A stretch of 31,343 nucleotides of DNA from Opitutales bacterium (lineage in GTDB: Bacteria > Verrucomicrobiota > Verrucomicrobiia > Opitutales > Opitutaceae): the NCBI GenBank assembly GCA_037916645.1, contig JBAIXJ010000103.1:1-31343 (forward strand), in the 5' to 3' direction. The notes beneath the pieces are model-generated. The model saw nothing but the letters and a program-made list of their open reading frames with translations, did no database searches and was not told the DNA's origin. Shown here one piece after another: positions 16,265 through 24,122 of the stretch. The translations under genes and the position numbers were made by a program. The number at the start of each line of letters is the position of its first letter. Position 1 is the first letter of the stretch.

Positions 16265-17287
16265 TCAGGGCGCGGCGGGGATGGACACGTCCGCCGCCAT
16301 GCCGGGCTTGAGCTCGTCGCGCGGATTGGCGAGGTCGACCTTGATCCGGAACACGAGCTTCACGCGCTCCTTGGCCGTCTGCACGGTTTTGGGCGTGAAT
16401 TCGGCCTCGGAGGAGATGAAGCCGATGGTGCCCTCGTAGGTCTTGCCCGGGAAGGTGTCGGTGCGCACCTGCACCTTCTGGCCGTGCGCGATGCGTCCCA
16501 GGTCCGTCTGGCTGATGTACGTGCGCACCCAGACCTGCGCGAGGTCGGCGACGGTGACCACTGGCGTCCCGGGGGACACGTATTCGCCCGGCTCGACGTT
16601 GTGGGACAACACCACGCCCGAAAGCGGCGAGGCGAGACGGGTGTTGTCCACCTGGGTTTCGGCGAGGGCGACGGCCGCGCGCGCCTGCTCGAGCCGGGCG
16701 CGACCCTGGGCGATGTCCTCGGCGCGTGGCCCCTCCTGCACGAGCTTGAGGCGTTCGGCGGCCTCGTTCGCGCGCGCCTCGGCCACCTTGAGCTGGGCTT
16801 GCGCCGCCTCGAGTTCCCGATCCGCGATGGCATTCTTGCTGCGCAGCTCCTGCTGCCGCGCAAAGTCGAGCCGGGCCCGGTCGCGCTCGGCTTCGGCGCT
16901 GTGGAGCGCGGCGGCGGCGGCGGCGATTTCCTGCGGCCGCGAGCCCGCCTCCAGCTCGGCCAGGGCCGCCTGGGCGGCGGAGAATTCGGCGCGCCGGAGG
17001 GCGAGCTGCTCCCTCTGCTCGGCGTCGTCCAGCCGGGCGATGAGCTGGCCGGCCTGGATGTGGTCACCCTCGGAGACCGTGCGTTCGGCCACGCGCCCGG
17101 GGATCTTGAAACCGAGCTGGGCGTCGGTGACCTCGATGTTGCCCGAAAGGACCAGGGGGCCGGAACGGGCGCCGCCGGAACAGGCGGCAAGGAGCAGCGC
17201 GGCAAGGGCCGCCGGAGCACCGGCAAGGAGGCGAGCCGCGGATTCAGGCCGCGGCCGGTTTCGTCCGGGAAGCGAGGAGCTTTTCAT
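16265..17287 (-). CDS. HlyD/YbhG-like membrane fusion (periplasmic adaptor) protein, 340 aa, possible lipoprotein
   Basis: Start MKSSSLPG; hydrophobic stretch ending LLLAAC (lipobox-like); LSGNIE, VSEGDHIQAGQLIARLD, coiled coil, SPLSGVV, GEYVSPGTPVVTVAD, EFTPKTVQT, LKPGM motifs. Confidence 0.9.
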   Translation of the reverse strand: MKSSSLPGRNRPRPESAARLLAGAPAALAALLLAACSGGARSGPLVLSGNIEVTDAQLGFKIPGRVAERTVSEGDHIQAGQLIARLDDAEQREQLALRRAEFSAAQAALAELEAGSRPQEIAAAAAALHSAEAERDRARLDFARQQELRSKNAIADRELEAAQAQLKVAEARANEAAERLKLVQEGPRAEDIAQGRARLEQARAAVALAETQVDNTRLASPLSGVVLSHNVEPGEYVSPGTPVVTVADLAQVWVRTYISQTDLGRIAHGQKVQVRTDTFPGKTYEGTIGFISSEAEFTPKTVQTAKERVKLVFRIKVDLANPRDELKPGMAADVSIPAAP

Positions 17288-17909
17288 AGTCTTTGTGGCC
17301 AGAGGAGGTGAGAAGTCCGCTGAAAAAGAGGTGGAGCGCCCGTTCGAGGGTCTGGCGCGGCGTGAGTCCGGTGTGCTCGAGCATGTCGGGCTGGACGAGC
17401 CCGCGGATGGCCTGCAGCCAGAACTCGACGGCAAAATCGGGATCGATCCCGGCGCGGACCTTGCCTTCCGCGAGGCCGGCGCGGATGAGGCGCCCGAAGA
17501 CGACCGGGACGTTGCGCCGGCGGACGTCGTCGATCCGCTGGTAGAGCTCGGGCGCATACCGCTGGAGGTCGTGCAGCATGCCGGGGCTGGCCTTGGCGAG
17601 ATTCGAGCCGACCACGTCGATCACCCCGGCCAGCTTCTGCGCAAAATTGAGCTGGGGATCGGTGAGGATCGCGTCCATGCGGCTGCGGATGGCCTCGCCG
17701 ATGCCGTCAATGATGGCGCCAACGATGGCCTCCTTGCCCGGGAAGTGAGCGTACAGCGTCTTCTTGCTCATGCCCAGTTCGCGGGCGAGTTCGTCCATGA
17801 TCAGGGCGCTGTACCCGTAGGTAAACAGGCGGGCGCGGGCGGCCTCGAGGATGCGCGCCGGGACGGCCGGGGGCGCCGGGCGAGGGGCGGAAGGAGCGGA
17901 ACTCTTCAT
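17244..17909 (-). CDS. TetR/AcrR-family transcriptional regulator heading the ABC export operon, 221 aa
   Basis: ILEAARARLFTYGYSALIMDELARELGMSKKTLYAHFPGKE helix-turn-helix. Confidence 0.92.
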   Translation of the reverse strand: MKSSAPSAPRPAPPAVPARILEAARARLFTYGYSALIMDELARELGMSKKTLYAHFPGKEAIVGAIIDGIGEAIRSRMDAILTDPQLNFAQKLAGVIDVVGSNLAKASPGMLHDLQRYAPELYQRIDDVRRRNVPVVFGRLIRAGLAEGKVRAGIDPDFAVEFWLQAIRGLVQPDMLEHTGLTPRQTLERALHLFFSGLLTSSGHKDYEKLLASRTKPAAA

Positions 17910-17918
17910 AAAACCTAA

Positions 17919-17952
17919 GGAAACTGTAGTAGTATTTTGGGTTTCCGTGCAA
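17919..17952 (-). promoter_or_regulatory. Promoter with overlapping inverted repeat (candidate TetR operator)
   Basis: TTGCAC (17952-17947), N18, TACAGT (17928-17923), N13, ATG. Inverted repeat GGAAAC-N16-GTTTCC (17919-17946) spans the spacer and -10. Confidence 0.55.
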
Positions 17953-18019
17953 GTTCTTTTTCGTTTTTCCCGCGGCGGGCCGGGCGGGCGGCCCGGCCGC
18001 GGGGTTCCGGTCCGCCAAC

Positions 18020-18047
18020 AAAAAGGCCGGGCGCTGGGGCCCGGCCT
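18020..18047 (-). terminator. Intrinsic terminator after the RRM gene
   Basis: Minus strand GGCCGGGC-CCCAGC-GCCCGGCC followed by TTTTT. Confidence 0.75.
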
Positions 18048-18077
18048 CGGAAGAGTTGAGACGATGGATGGCGGAGT

Positions 18078-18428
18078 CTAGCGACGGAAGCCGCGGTCCC
18101 CGCCCCGGCGGTCGCCACGATCGCTGCGGAAGCCTCCGCGACGCTCGCCGCCGCCTTCGAACTGGCGCGGCGGACGCTCCTCTTTCGGCCGCGCCTCGTT
18201 CACCGTGAGGTTGCGCCCCTCCATGGCGAAGCCGTGGAACTTTTGGATCGCCGCCTGGGCCTCTTCGGGTGTCGCCATGGTGACGAACGCAAAGCCGCGG
18301 GAACGGCCGGTAAATTTGTCGAAGATCAGGTCAACGCCGGCGACGGTGCCGGCCTGGGCAAACAGGTCCTGGAGGTCCTGCGCCGTGGAAGCGAAGGGCA
18401 AATTGCCCACGTACAATTTAGTGCTCAT
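18078..18428 (-). CDS. RRM (RNP-1/RNP-2) RNA-binding protein with Gly/Arg-rich tail, 116 aa
   Basis: KLYVGNL (RNP-2), RGFAFVTM (RNP-1), GRNLTVNEARP, and an RG-rich tail (GGGERRGGFRSDRGDRRGGDRGFRR). ATG at 18428; the track start at 18431 is a TTG. Confidence 0.93.
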   Translation of the reverse strand: MSTKLYVGNLPFASTAQDLQDLFAQAGTVAGVDLIFDKFTGRSRGFAFVTMATPEEAQAAIQKFHGFAMEGRNLTVNEARPKEERPPRQFEGGGERRGGFRSDRGDRRGGDRGFRR

Positions 18429-18631
18429 CAATATGTCTTTTACTGCTTGGCCTAATCTTCTGCCCGTTCCCGACGATCGAGTTTCGAATCACCACTGAAC
18501 CAACGTTCACCTGACAATCCACCAAGCAGACGACTCAAACCACAAGCGGGGGCAGGTTTGAAAGGGGCTGCAGTGAAGGCAAGTCAAAACGGGCTCCCCA
18601 AGGCGCGGGGACGGGATTCGAATAGTCACGC

Positions 18632-18659
18632 TTGTGTCGCCCCCAGAGGGGCTTAGCAT
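18632..18659 (+). promoter_or_regulatory. Possible promoter for the VOC gene
   Basis: TTGTGT (18632-18637), N16, TAGCAT (18654-18659). Confidence 0.35.
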
Positions 18660-18709
18660 AACGGCGTTGTTTGGCCTATCCTCACCAACCTGCTGCGACG
18701 AACCCCAAC

Positions 18710-19087
18710 ATGCCTGTCTTCCTGCACACCCGAATTCGTGTCGGCGACCTCGAGCGCACCATCGCCTGGTACAAAGAGCTGGGATTTGACTGCGTCCGGC
18801 GTGTCCCCCGGTCGCCCCAGGGCAATTACCTCGCGTTTCTGCAAATCCCGGGAAGCGCCCACCTGCTTGAACTCTGCTGGCAACCGGGGGTCAAACCCAA
18901 CGTGTCCGAGGACTTGATGCACACCGCGGTCGGCTACACCGACCTCATCGCGAAATGCGGTGAGCTGGAGAGGAAGGGGTACGAGATCTGGCCGGAGGAC
19001 TGGCGCGAGACGTTTCCGACGGGCCGGCGCATGGCGTTCGTCACGGATCCCGATGGCTATGAGGTCGAACTCCTGGAACACAAATGA
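18710..19087 (+). CDS. VOC/glyoxalase (lactoylglutathione lyase-like) protein, 125 aa
   Basis: FLHTRIRVGDLERTIAWY, LLELCW, LMHTAVG, MAFVTDPDGYEVELLE motifs. Confidence 0.88.
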   Translation: MPVFLHTRIRVGDLERTIAWYKELGFDCVRRVPRSPQGNYLAFLQIPGSAHLLELCWQPGVKPNVSEDLMHTAVGYTDLIAKCGELERKGYEIWPEDWRETFPTGRRMAFVTDPDGYEVELLEHK

Positions 19088-19170
19088 AAGGAGGCGCGGC
19101 CTGGCCTCCGGGCCCGTCACGCGTTACTTGACGGGCTGACCGGGCGTCATTTGGCTTGCTTGATCCGACC

Positions 19171-19806
19171 ATGCGCGTGGGAGCTGCAATCCGATGCTGG
19201 TCCGCGCCGCTGTTTGGCGTGTTGGCCATGGCGCGGCCGTTGACGGCGGACTCGAACCTGCTGGAGAACTCGCCGTTTCTGCCGCCGAATGTCTCCGGGG
19301 CCGCCGGGGCGGTGGCCGCGCCGCTGGAATTGCGGAGCATCATCCGGGAGGGCGGGGAGTATGAATTCAGCCTCTACGACACGGCGAAGCGCCAGAGCAC
19401 CTGGGTCAAACTGAATGAGGCCGGTCATGATTTTGTCGTCAAAGGCTTCGACCCGGCCGACGAGAGCGTCACCGTGGAGCAACAGAACCGGACGTACAAG
19501 CTGGCGCTCAAGGAGGTGAAGATAACTCCACTCGCCATCGTGGCTGTCCCCGGCGCCAATCAGCCGCCGATGCCGGCGGGATTCCCACCGGGAGCGATGC
19601 CGTTGCCGGGGGGGCGCGCGCAGCCCGGGACTGCGGTCCCCGCCATGGGACGTACCGCCGCCATGCCGGGGCCGACACCGGCTTTGACGCCGGAGCAACT
19701 TCGCAATCTCGAGGCCGACATAAATCGTCGGCGGGAATTACGACGCCAAGCCGCCGCCGCGATGGCGCAGCCTTCGCCATCCGCGCCGCAACCTCAGCAA
19801 CGTTAG
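19171..19806 (+). CDS. Exported protein with GspC-HR/PilP-like beta domain and Pro/Ala/Gln-rich tail
   Basis: Signal-like N-terminus; LELRSII..YEFSLYD..TWVKLNE..FVVKGFD..SVTVEQQNRTYKLAL has the spacing of the GspC homology region/PilP fold; low-complexity C-terminus. Start codon uncertain (19156 or 19171). Confidence 0.6.
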   Translation: MRVGAAIRCWSAPLFGVLAMARPLTADSNLLENSPFLPPNVSGAAGAVAAPLELRSIIREGGEYEFSLYDTAKRQSTWVKLNEAGHDFVVKGFDPADESVTVEQQNRTYKLALKEVKITPLAIVAVPGANQPPMPAGFPPGAMPLPGGRAQPGTAVPAMGRTAAMPGPTPALTPEQLRNLEADINRRRELRRQAAAAMAQPSPSAPQPQQR

Positions 19807-20022
19807 GTTCGGCGGGTCGCCCTTGCCTCGCGGCGGCAGCCTGATGCAGGCGGAGGCGCTCGGCAGTTCATTGCCGACCCGACAGCCCCGGTTGCGGGAG
19901 AAGGTGGCGCACTCTGCCATGGCAGGGGGGTGCGGCCCATCGTGTCCGATCGTGATTGCCATTGGTCCAGGCTGGACTGCTCTACTTTAAGCAATGATGG
20001 TCAATGTCTTAAGATCTGGATA

Positions 20023-20051
20023 TTCAAAAAATACAAGGCCGGTGCTAATTT
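20023..20051 (+). promoter_or_regulatory. Promoter for the feo cluster
   Basis: TTCAAA (20023-20028), N17 ending in TGC (extended -10), TAATTT (20046-20051), in an AT-rich patch. Confidence 0.55.
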
Positions 20052-20054
20052 TGT

Positions 20055-20069
20055 TGAAACTGAGTCTCA
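20055..20069. promoter_or_regulatory. Fur-like 7-1-7 operator
   Basis: TGAAACT-G-AGTCTCA (arms match at 6 of 7 positions); keeps the TGAnAnT-n-AnTnTCA skeleton of the Fur 7-1-7 box; overlaps the predicted transcription start of feoA. Confidence 0.65.
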
Positions 20070-20096
20070 GTGTATTTTCCTTCGTGGCTCTTCTCC

Positions 20097-20357
20097 ATGC
20101 CTGCGAATCGCCACAAGAAGCAGAACCGTTTGTCCCTTTCTGAACTGCCGGAAGGGACGCAGGGTCGGGTGGCCGAATTGAATGGGAAGGTGGACTTCTG
20201 CCAGCGCCTTCGCGAGATGGGCTTTTGTGAGTCGAGCGTCATCCAAAAGATTGCCGGCCGGAGCATGCTGATCTGCCAGCTCTGTGGAACCCGCGTGGCG
20301 TTGAGCGACCAGGCTGCACGGCAGATCGTGGTTGAACCGCTGCGTGACGGCGGGTGA
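20097..20357 (+). CDS. feoA: Ferrous iron transport protein FeoA (first copy), 86 aa
   Basis: LSELPEGTQGRVAEL, QRLREMGFCESSVI, TRVALS SH3-like FeoA pattern. Confidence 0.88.
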   Translation: MPANRHKKQNRLSLSELPEGTQGRVAELNGKVDFCQRLREMGFCESSVIQKIAGRSMLICQLCGTRVALSDQAARQIVVEPLRDGG

Positions 20358-20388
20358 GGGCACCCAAGGGGATGCTCGCGGAGGATCT

Positions 20389-20634
20389 ATGTCATCGGTG
20401 GTGAAATTATCGGATCTTGCCGTCGGTTCACGGGCGATCGTCCACGGATTCCCCGGGCAAGGCGCCGCCTTCCTCCGCCTTCGCGAGATGGGCGTTCTTC
20501 CGGGTACCTCGATCACGCTGGTGCGCACCGCCCCACTGGGAGATCCGCTCGAAATTCAGGTGCGTGGCTACAGCCTGACCTTGCGGAAAAGCGACGCCGA
20601 GCACGTGACCGTGGATGTGCCCAATGGCCAATGA
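20389..20634 (+). CDS. feoA: Ferrous iron transport protein FeoA (second copy), 81 aa
   Basis: RLREMGVLPGT, RTAPLGDPLEIQVRGYSLTLRK; GGAGGA ribosome-binding site. Confidence 0.92.
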   Translation: MSSVVKLSDLAVGSRAIVHGFPGQGAAFLRLREMGVLPGTSITLVRTAPLGDPLEIQVRGYSLTLRKSDAEHVTVDVPNGQ

Positions 20635-20706
20635 CGCCCTGATCGGCGGCCCGAAGGCGTCCGGCAACTTGGTGGCGGCGGAGCCTCGCGCCCACTCGAG
20701 TGCGCG

Positions 20707-22830
20707 ATGAACGAATCCATCCAGTCAGCAAGCGGGCCGGCGCGCATGCCGGTGTATGCGCTGGTCGGCAATCCGAACTCGGGGAAGAGCACCCTGTTCA
20801 ACGCCCTCACGGGCCTGAAACAGAAGGTGGGCAACTATCCGGGCGTCACGGTCGAAAAGAAGACCGGCACCACCTACTCGCAGCACGGCCGGCCGATCAC
20901 GGTCATTGATCTGCCCGGGACCTATTCGCTGGCCGCGCGGTCGCCGGACGAGGCCATTGTGCGTGACGTATTGCTGGGACGCCGGGCCGACGTGGCCCAG
21001 CCGGACCGGATCATCTGCATCGTCGACGCCTCCAACCTCGAGCGAAACCTCTATCTCGTCCACCAATTGCTCGACCTCGGGCGGCCGGCCATTCTCGTGC
21101 TCAACATGATGGACCTGGCGACCGCCGCCGGGACCAGCGTGCGGGTCGCGCGCCTGGAGCACGAACTCGGCATTCCCGTGATTCCGTGCGAGGCGGTCAA
21201 CGGCAAGGGGCTGCTGGAGCTGCGTCTGGCCATGAGCCGGACCGATCTGCCGCTGCCGCGCCACCGCTGGGACATTCCAGCCCCGATCGCGCCCGCCGTG
21301 GCTGAATTGCAGGCCTCGCTCGTTGAGGATGACCGCAAACAGCCACTCATCGCCCGCGCGGAGGCGTTGCTCCTGCTGACCGACCAGGATCCCGTGCGCG
21401 TGGCTGGATCGACGCCCCTTAGCGCGAGCACCGCCTCGATCCTGGCGGGGTGGAAACGCCGCTGGGAGGGCGAGGGCGTCGATTGGTCGGGCACGCTGGT
21501 CAACAGCCGCTACGAGGCCATCACGCGGCTTTGCGCCGAGGTCCTACAGCGCGCCGCGCCCGCCGGGCCCGCCCTCTCCGACCGCATCGACGCGATCGTC
21601 GTGCACCCGCTGTGGGGCTGGCTGGTGCTCGGAGCGATCATGGCGGCGCTGTTTCTCTCCATTTTCACGCTGGCCGAGTATCCCATGAACCTGATCGACG
21701 CGCAGGTGGCCGCCCTCGGCGGATGGGTGAAGGGGGTCATGCCCGCCGGCGACCTGCGGGACCTCCTGACCGACGGGGCGATCGCGGGCGTGGGGGGGGT
21801 TGTGATGTTCTTGCCGCAGATCCTCATTCTCTTCTTTTTCATCGGGCTGCTGGAAAGCACGGGCTACATGGCGCGCGCGGCCTTCATCATGGACCGCCTG
21901 ATGAGCCGCGTGGGCCTCAACGGGAAATCGTTCATCCCGCTGTTGAGCTCCTACGCCTGCGCGATTCCCGGCATCATGGCGACCCGCACGATCGAGGAGC
22001 CCAAGGACCGTCTGGTGACCATCCTGGTGGCGCCGTTGATGAGTTGCTCCGCCCGCCTGCCGGTGTACCTGCTCATGATCGCCGCGATGCTGCCCGGCAG
22101 CCGCGTGCCGGTCGGCACCAAGGTCGGCCTGATGCTGCTCATGTATGCCCTGGGCACCGCCGGAGCGTTCGGATTCGCCTGGCTCTTCAAGAAATACCTG
22201 CTGCGCGGCGAACCGCCGCTCATGATCATGGAGCTGCCGCCCTACCGCCTGCCGCGCCTGAAGGACGTCCTGCTGCACATGCTGGAGCGCGCCGGGATCT
22301 TCCTCCGTCGGGCCGGCACGATCATTCTGGGCATCTCCATCGTGCTTTGGTTCCTCGCGGCTTACCCGAAGCATGCCGGGGACACCACGGCCCAACAACA
22401 GATCGCCCACAGCCTAGCCGGGACGGCGGGCCGCGTGATCGAGCCCGTGATCAAGCCGCTGGGCTTTGACTGGCGCATCGGGATCGGCCTGGTCAGCTCG
22501 TTTGCCGCCCGCGAGGTTTTTGTCAGCTCCATGGCGGTGGTCTTCAGCGTCGACAATTTCGAGGGGGGCAAACACGCCGATGTGACGCCGTTGCGGCGAT
22601 CCCTCGCCGCCGCCGTCTGGCCGGACGGCGCTCGGCTCTTCACGCCGCTCGTCTGCCTCACGCTCATGATCTACTACGTCTTCGCGATGCAGTGCATCAG
22701 CACGGTGGCGGTGGTGAAACGGGAAACGAACTCCTGGCGCTGGCCGCTGTTCCAAATCGCCTACATGACCGGCACCGCTTGGGTGGTCTGCTTCGTTGTC
22801 TACCAGGCCGGCCGGGCATTGGGATTTTGA
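20707..22830 (+). CDS. feoB: Ferrous iron transporter FeoB, 707 aa
   Basis: GNPNSGKS, NYPGVTVE, DLPGTYSL, NMMD GTPase motifs; membrane domain with ESTGYMARAAF, MSCSARLPVY, FAAREVFVS, QCISTVAV. Confidence 0.96.
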   Translation: MNESIQSASGPARMPVYALVGNPNSGKSTLFNALTGLKQKVGNYPGVTVEKKTGTTYSQHGRPITVIDLPGTYSLAARSPDEAIVRDVLLGRRADVAQPDRIICIVDASNLERNLYLVHQLLDLGRPAILVLNMMDLATAAGTSVRVARLEHELGIPVIPCEAVNGKGLLELRLAMSRTDLPLPRHRWDIPAPIAPAVAELQASLVEDDRKQPLIARAEALLLLTDQDPVRVAGSTPLSASTASILAGWKRRWEGEGVDWSGTLVNSRYEAITRLCAEVLQRAAPAGPALSDRIDAIVVHPLWGWLVLGAIMAALFLSIFTLAEYPMNLIDAQVAALGGWVKGVMPAGDLRDLLTDGAIAGVGGVVMFLPQILILFFFIGLLESTGYMARAAFIMDRLMSRVGLNGKSFIPLLSSYACAIPGIMATRTIEEPKDRLVTILVAPLMSCSARLPVYLLMIAAMLPGSRVPVGTKVGLMLLMYALGTAGAFGFAWLFKKYLLRGEPPLMIMELPPYRLPRLKDVLLHMLERAGIFLRRAGTIILGISIVLWFLAAYPKHAGDTTAQQQIAHSLAGTAGRVIEPVIKPLGFDWRIGIGLVSSFAAREVFVSSMAVVFSVDNFEGGKHADVTPLRRSLAAAVWPDGARLFTPLVCLTLMIYYVFAMQCISTVAVVKRETNSWRWPLFQIAYMTGTAWVVCFVVYQAGRALGF

Positions 22831-22875
22831 CGGGCGCCGCCTGACAAAATGCGCCCGATGGTTTGATTGGTCGCA

Positions 22876-23046
22876 ATGGCTACATCCTGGCAGACAGTGG
22901 CAGCGTTGCTGGTGGTCGTGATCGCCGCGGCAGGGTTGGTGCGCGCCGCCGTGAAAAGAGGCCGTTCGCCCGGATGCGGGAGTGAAGGGTGCGGCGCCGT
23001 CAGTCCCGACGCCAAGGCGCTGCTCCGACGGCTCAAGAAACCCTGA
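22876..23046 (+). CDS. FeoB-associated Cys-containing small membrane protein, 56 aa
   Basis: Hand translation (below the track cut-off): MATSWQTVAALLVVVIAAAGLVRAAVKRGRSPGCGSEGCGAVSPDAKALLRRLKKP; N-terminal TM helix, basic linker, GCxxxGC; 45 nt after the feoB stop. Confidence 0.8.
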   Translation: MATSWQTVAALLVVVIAAAGLVRAAVKRGRSPGCGSEGCGAVSPDAKALLRRLKKP

Positions 23047-23099
23047 CCGCCGCGGCCGGCTCCGATGACGGGAACCGCGAGGGCAGAATCCGGGCAATC

Positions 23100-24098
23100 A
23101 TGAACGCGGCGGTGCTCGAAGGTATCAGCCAGCCCCTGAGGGTCCGGCCGGTGCCGGACCCGGCGCCCCATCCCGGGGGAGCGGTGGTGCGCCTGCGCGC
23201 GGCCGCGCTGAATCATCGCGATGTCTGGATTCAGCAGGGCCGGTATCCCGGATTGAAATTCCCGATCATCCCCGGATCGGATGGCGCCGGGGTGGTGGCG
23301 GCCGTGGATCGCGACGCGGACCGCGCGTGGGTGGGGCGTGCGGTGGTCATCAATCCGGCGCTGGACTGGGGGCGGGATCCGCGCGCCCAGGGCCCGCATT
23401 TTCGGATTCTCGGATTGCCGGACCACGGCACGTTTGCCCAGGCGGTCGCTGTGCCCGTCGCAAGCCTGGCCGACCGGCCGGGACATCTTTCGGCCGAGCA
23501 GGCGGCAGCCCTGCCGCTTGGCGGGCTCACGGCTTGGCGGGCGTTGTTCACCCGGGGCGGGCTCCGTGCGGGCGAGACGGTGCTGGTCACCGGGGCGGGG
23601 GGAGGTGTGGCGGTGTTTGCGCTGCAGTTTGCCGTGGCCGCAGGCGCCCGCGTCTTTGTCACCTCGAGCTCGGTCGAAAAGCTGGCCCAGGCCCGCGAGC
23701 TCGGCGCAGCCGGCGGAGTCAATTACCGTGAGGCGGGCTGGCCGGTCACACTGCAAAAGGCGGCGGGACCCTTCGACTTGGTGGTCGATGGCGCCCAGGG
23801 TGAAGGCTTGGCCTCCCTGATCGAGCTGACCCGGCCCGGCGGGCGGATCGTGTTCTATGGCGCCACAGCAGGCAATCCGCCGGGTTTTGACGCCCGCAAG
23901 GTCTTCTTCCGGCAGATTTCCCTGCTCGGAAGCACCATGGGTTCGCCGGCCGACTTTGCGGCGATGCTGGAGATGGTTTCGGCCCGGGCCATCGTGCCGG
24001 TGATCGATGCGGTCATGCCCCTGGCGCAGGCGGAGGCCGCGATGCGGCGCCTCGAGGCCGCAGCGCAGTTCGGCAAGATCGTCCTGACCGTGGGGTGA
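23100..24098 (+). CDS. MDR-family (zinc-binding dehydrogenase/quinone oxidoreductase-like) oxidoreductase, 332 aa
   Basis: AAALNHRDVW, IPGSDGAGVV, AAALPLGGLTAWRAL, VLVTGAGGGVA, GSTMGS, FGKIVL; lacks the Cys cluster of classical zinc alcohol dehydrogenases. Confidence 0.88.
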   Translation: MNAAVLEGISQPLRVRPVPDPAPHPGGAVVRLRAAALNHRDVWIQQGRYPGLKFPIIPGSDGAGVVAAVDRDADRAWVGRAVVINPALDWGRDPRAQGPHFRILGLPDHGTFAQAVAVPVASLADRPGHLSAEQAAALPLGGLTAWRALFTRGGLRAGETVLVTGAGGGVAVFALQFAVAAGARVFVTSSSVEKLAQARELGAAGGVNYREAGWPVTLQKAAGPFDLVVDGAQGEGLASLIELTRPGGRIVFYGATAGNPPGFDARKVFFRQISLLGSTMGSPADFAAMLEMVSARAIVPVIDAVMPLAQAEAAMRRLEAAAQFGKIVLTVG

Positions 24099-24122
24099 GC
24101 GGCCGGGTTGGGCCACCGCAGG

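Noticed and set aside
17287-17909. TetR and HlyD proteins both begin MKSS
   Set aside because: The underlying codons differ (ATGAAGAGTTCC versus ATGAAAAGCTCC) and similarity ends after four residues; probably coincidence or N-terminal codon preference.
4284-17918. Many long overlapping ORFs (for example 4284-5963, 6591-7547 part, 9270-10370 part, 11997-13229, 14419-15804, 15470-17311, 16443-17918)
   Set aside because: Arg/Gly/Pro/Ala-rich translations lying antisense or out of frame to genes with clear family motifs; typical high-GC artefacts, with no evidence for overlapping genes.
17968-18002. Strong GC hairpin between the RRM terminator and the TetR promoter
   Set aside because: The adjacent T-run is on the wrong side for termination on either strand, and such stems are common at this GC content.
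19880-19935. Cobalamin or metal riboswitch upstream of feo
   Set aside because: Lacks the B12-box and core motifs, and lies upstream of the predicted feo promoter.
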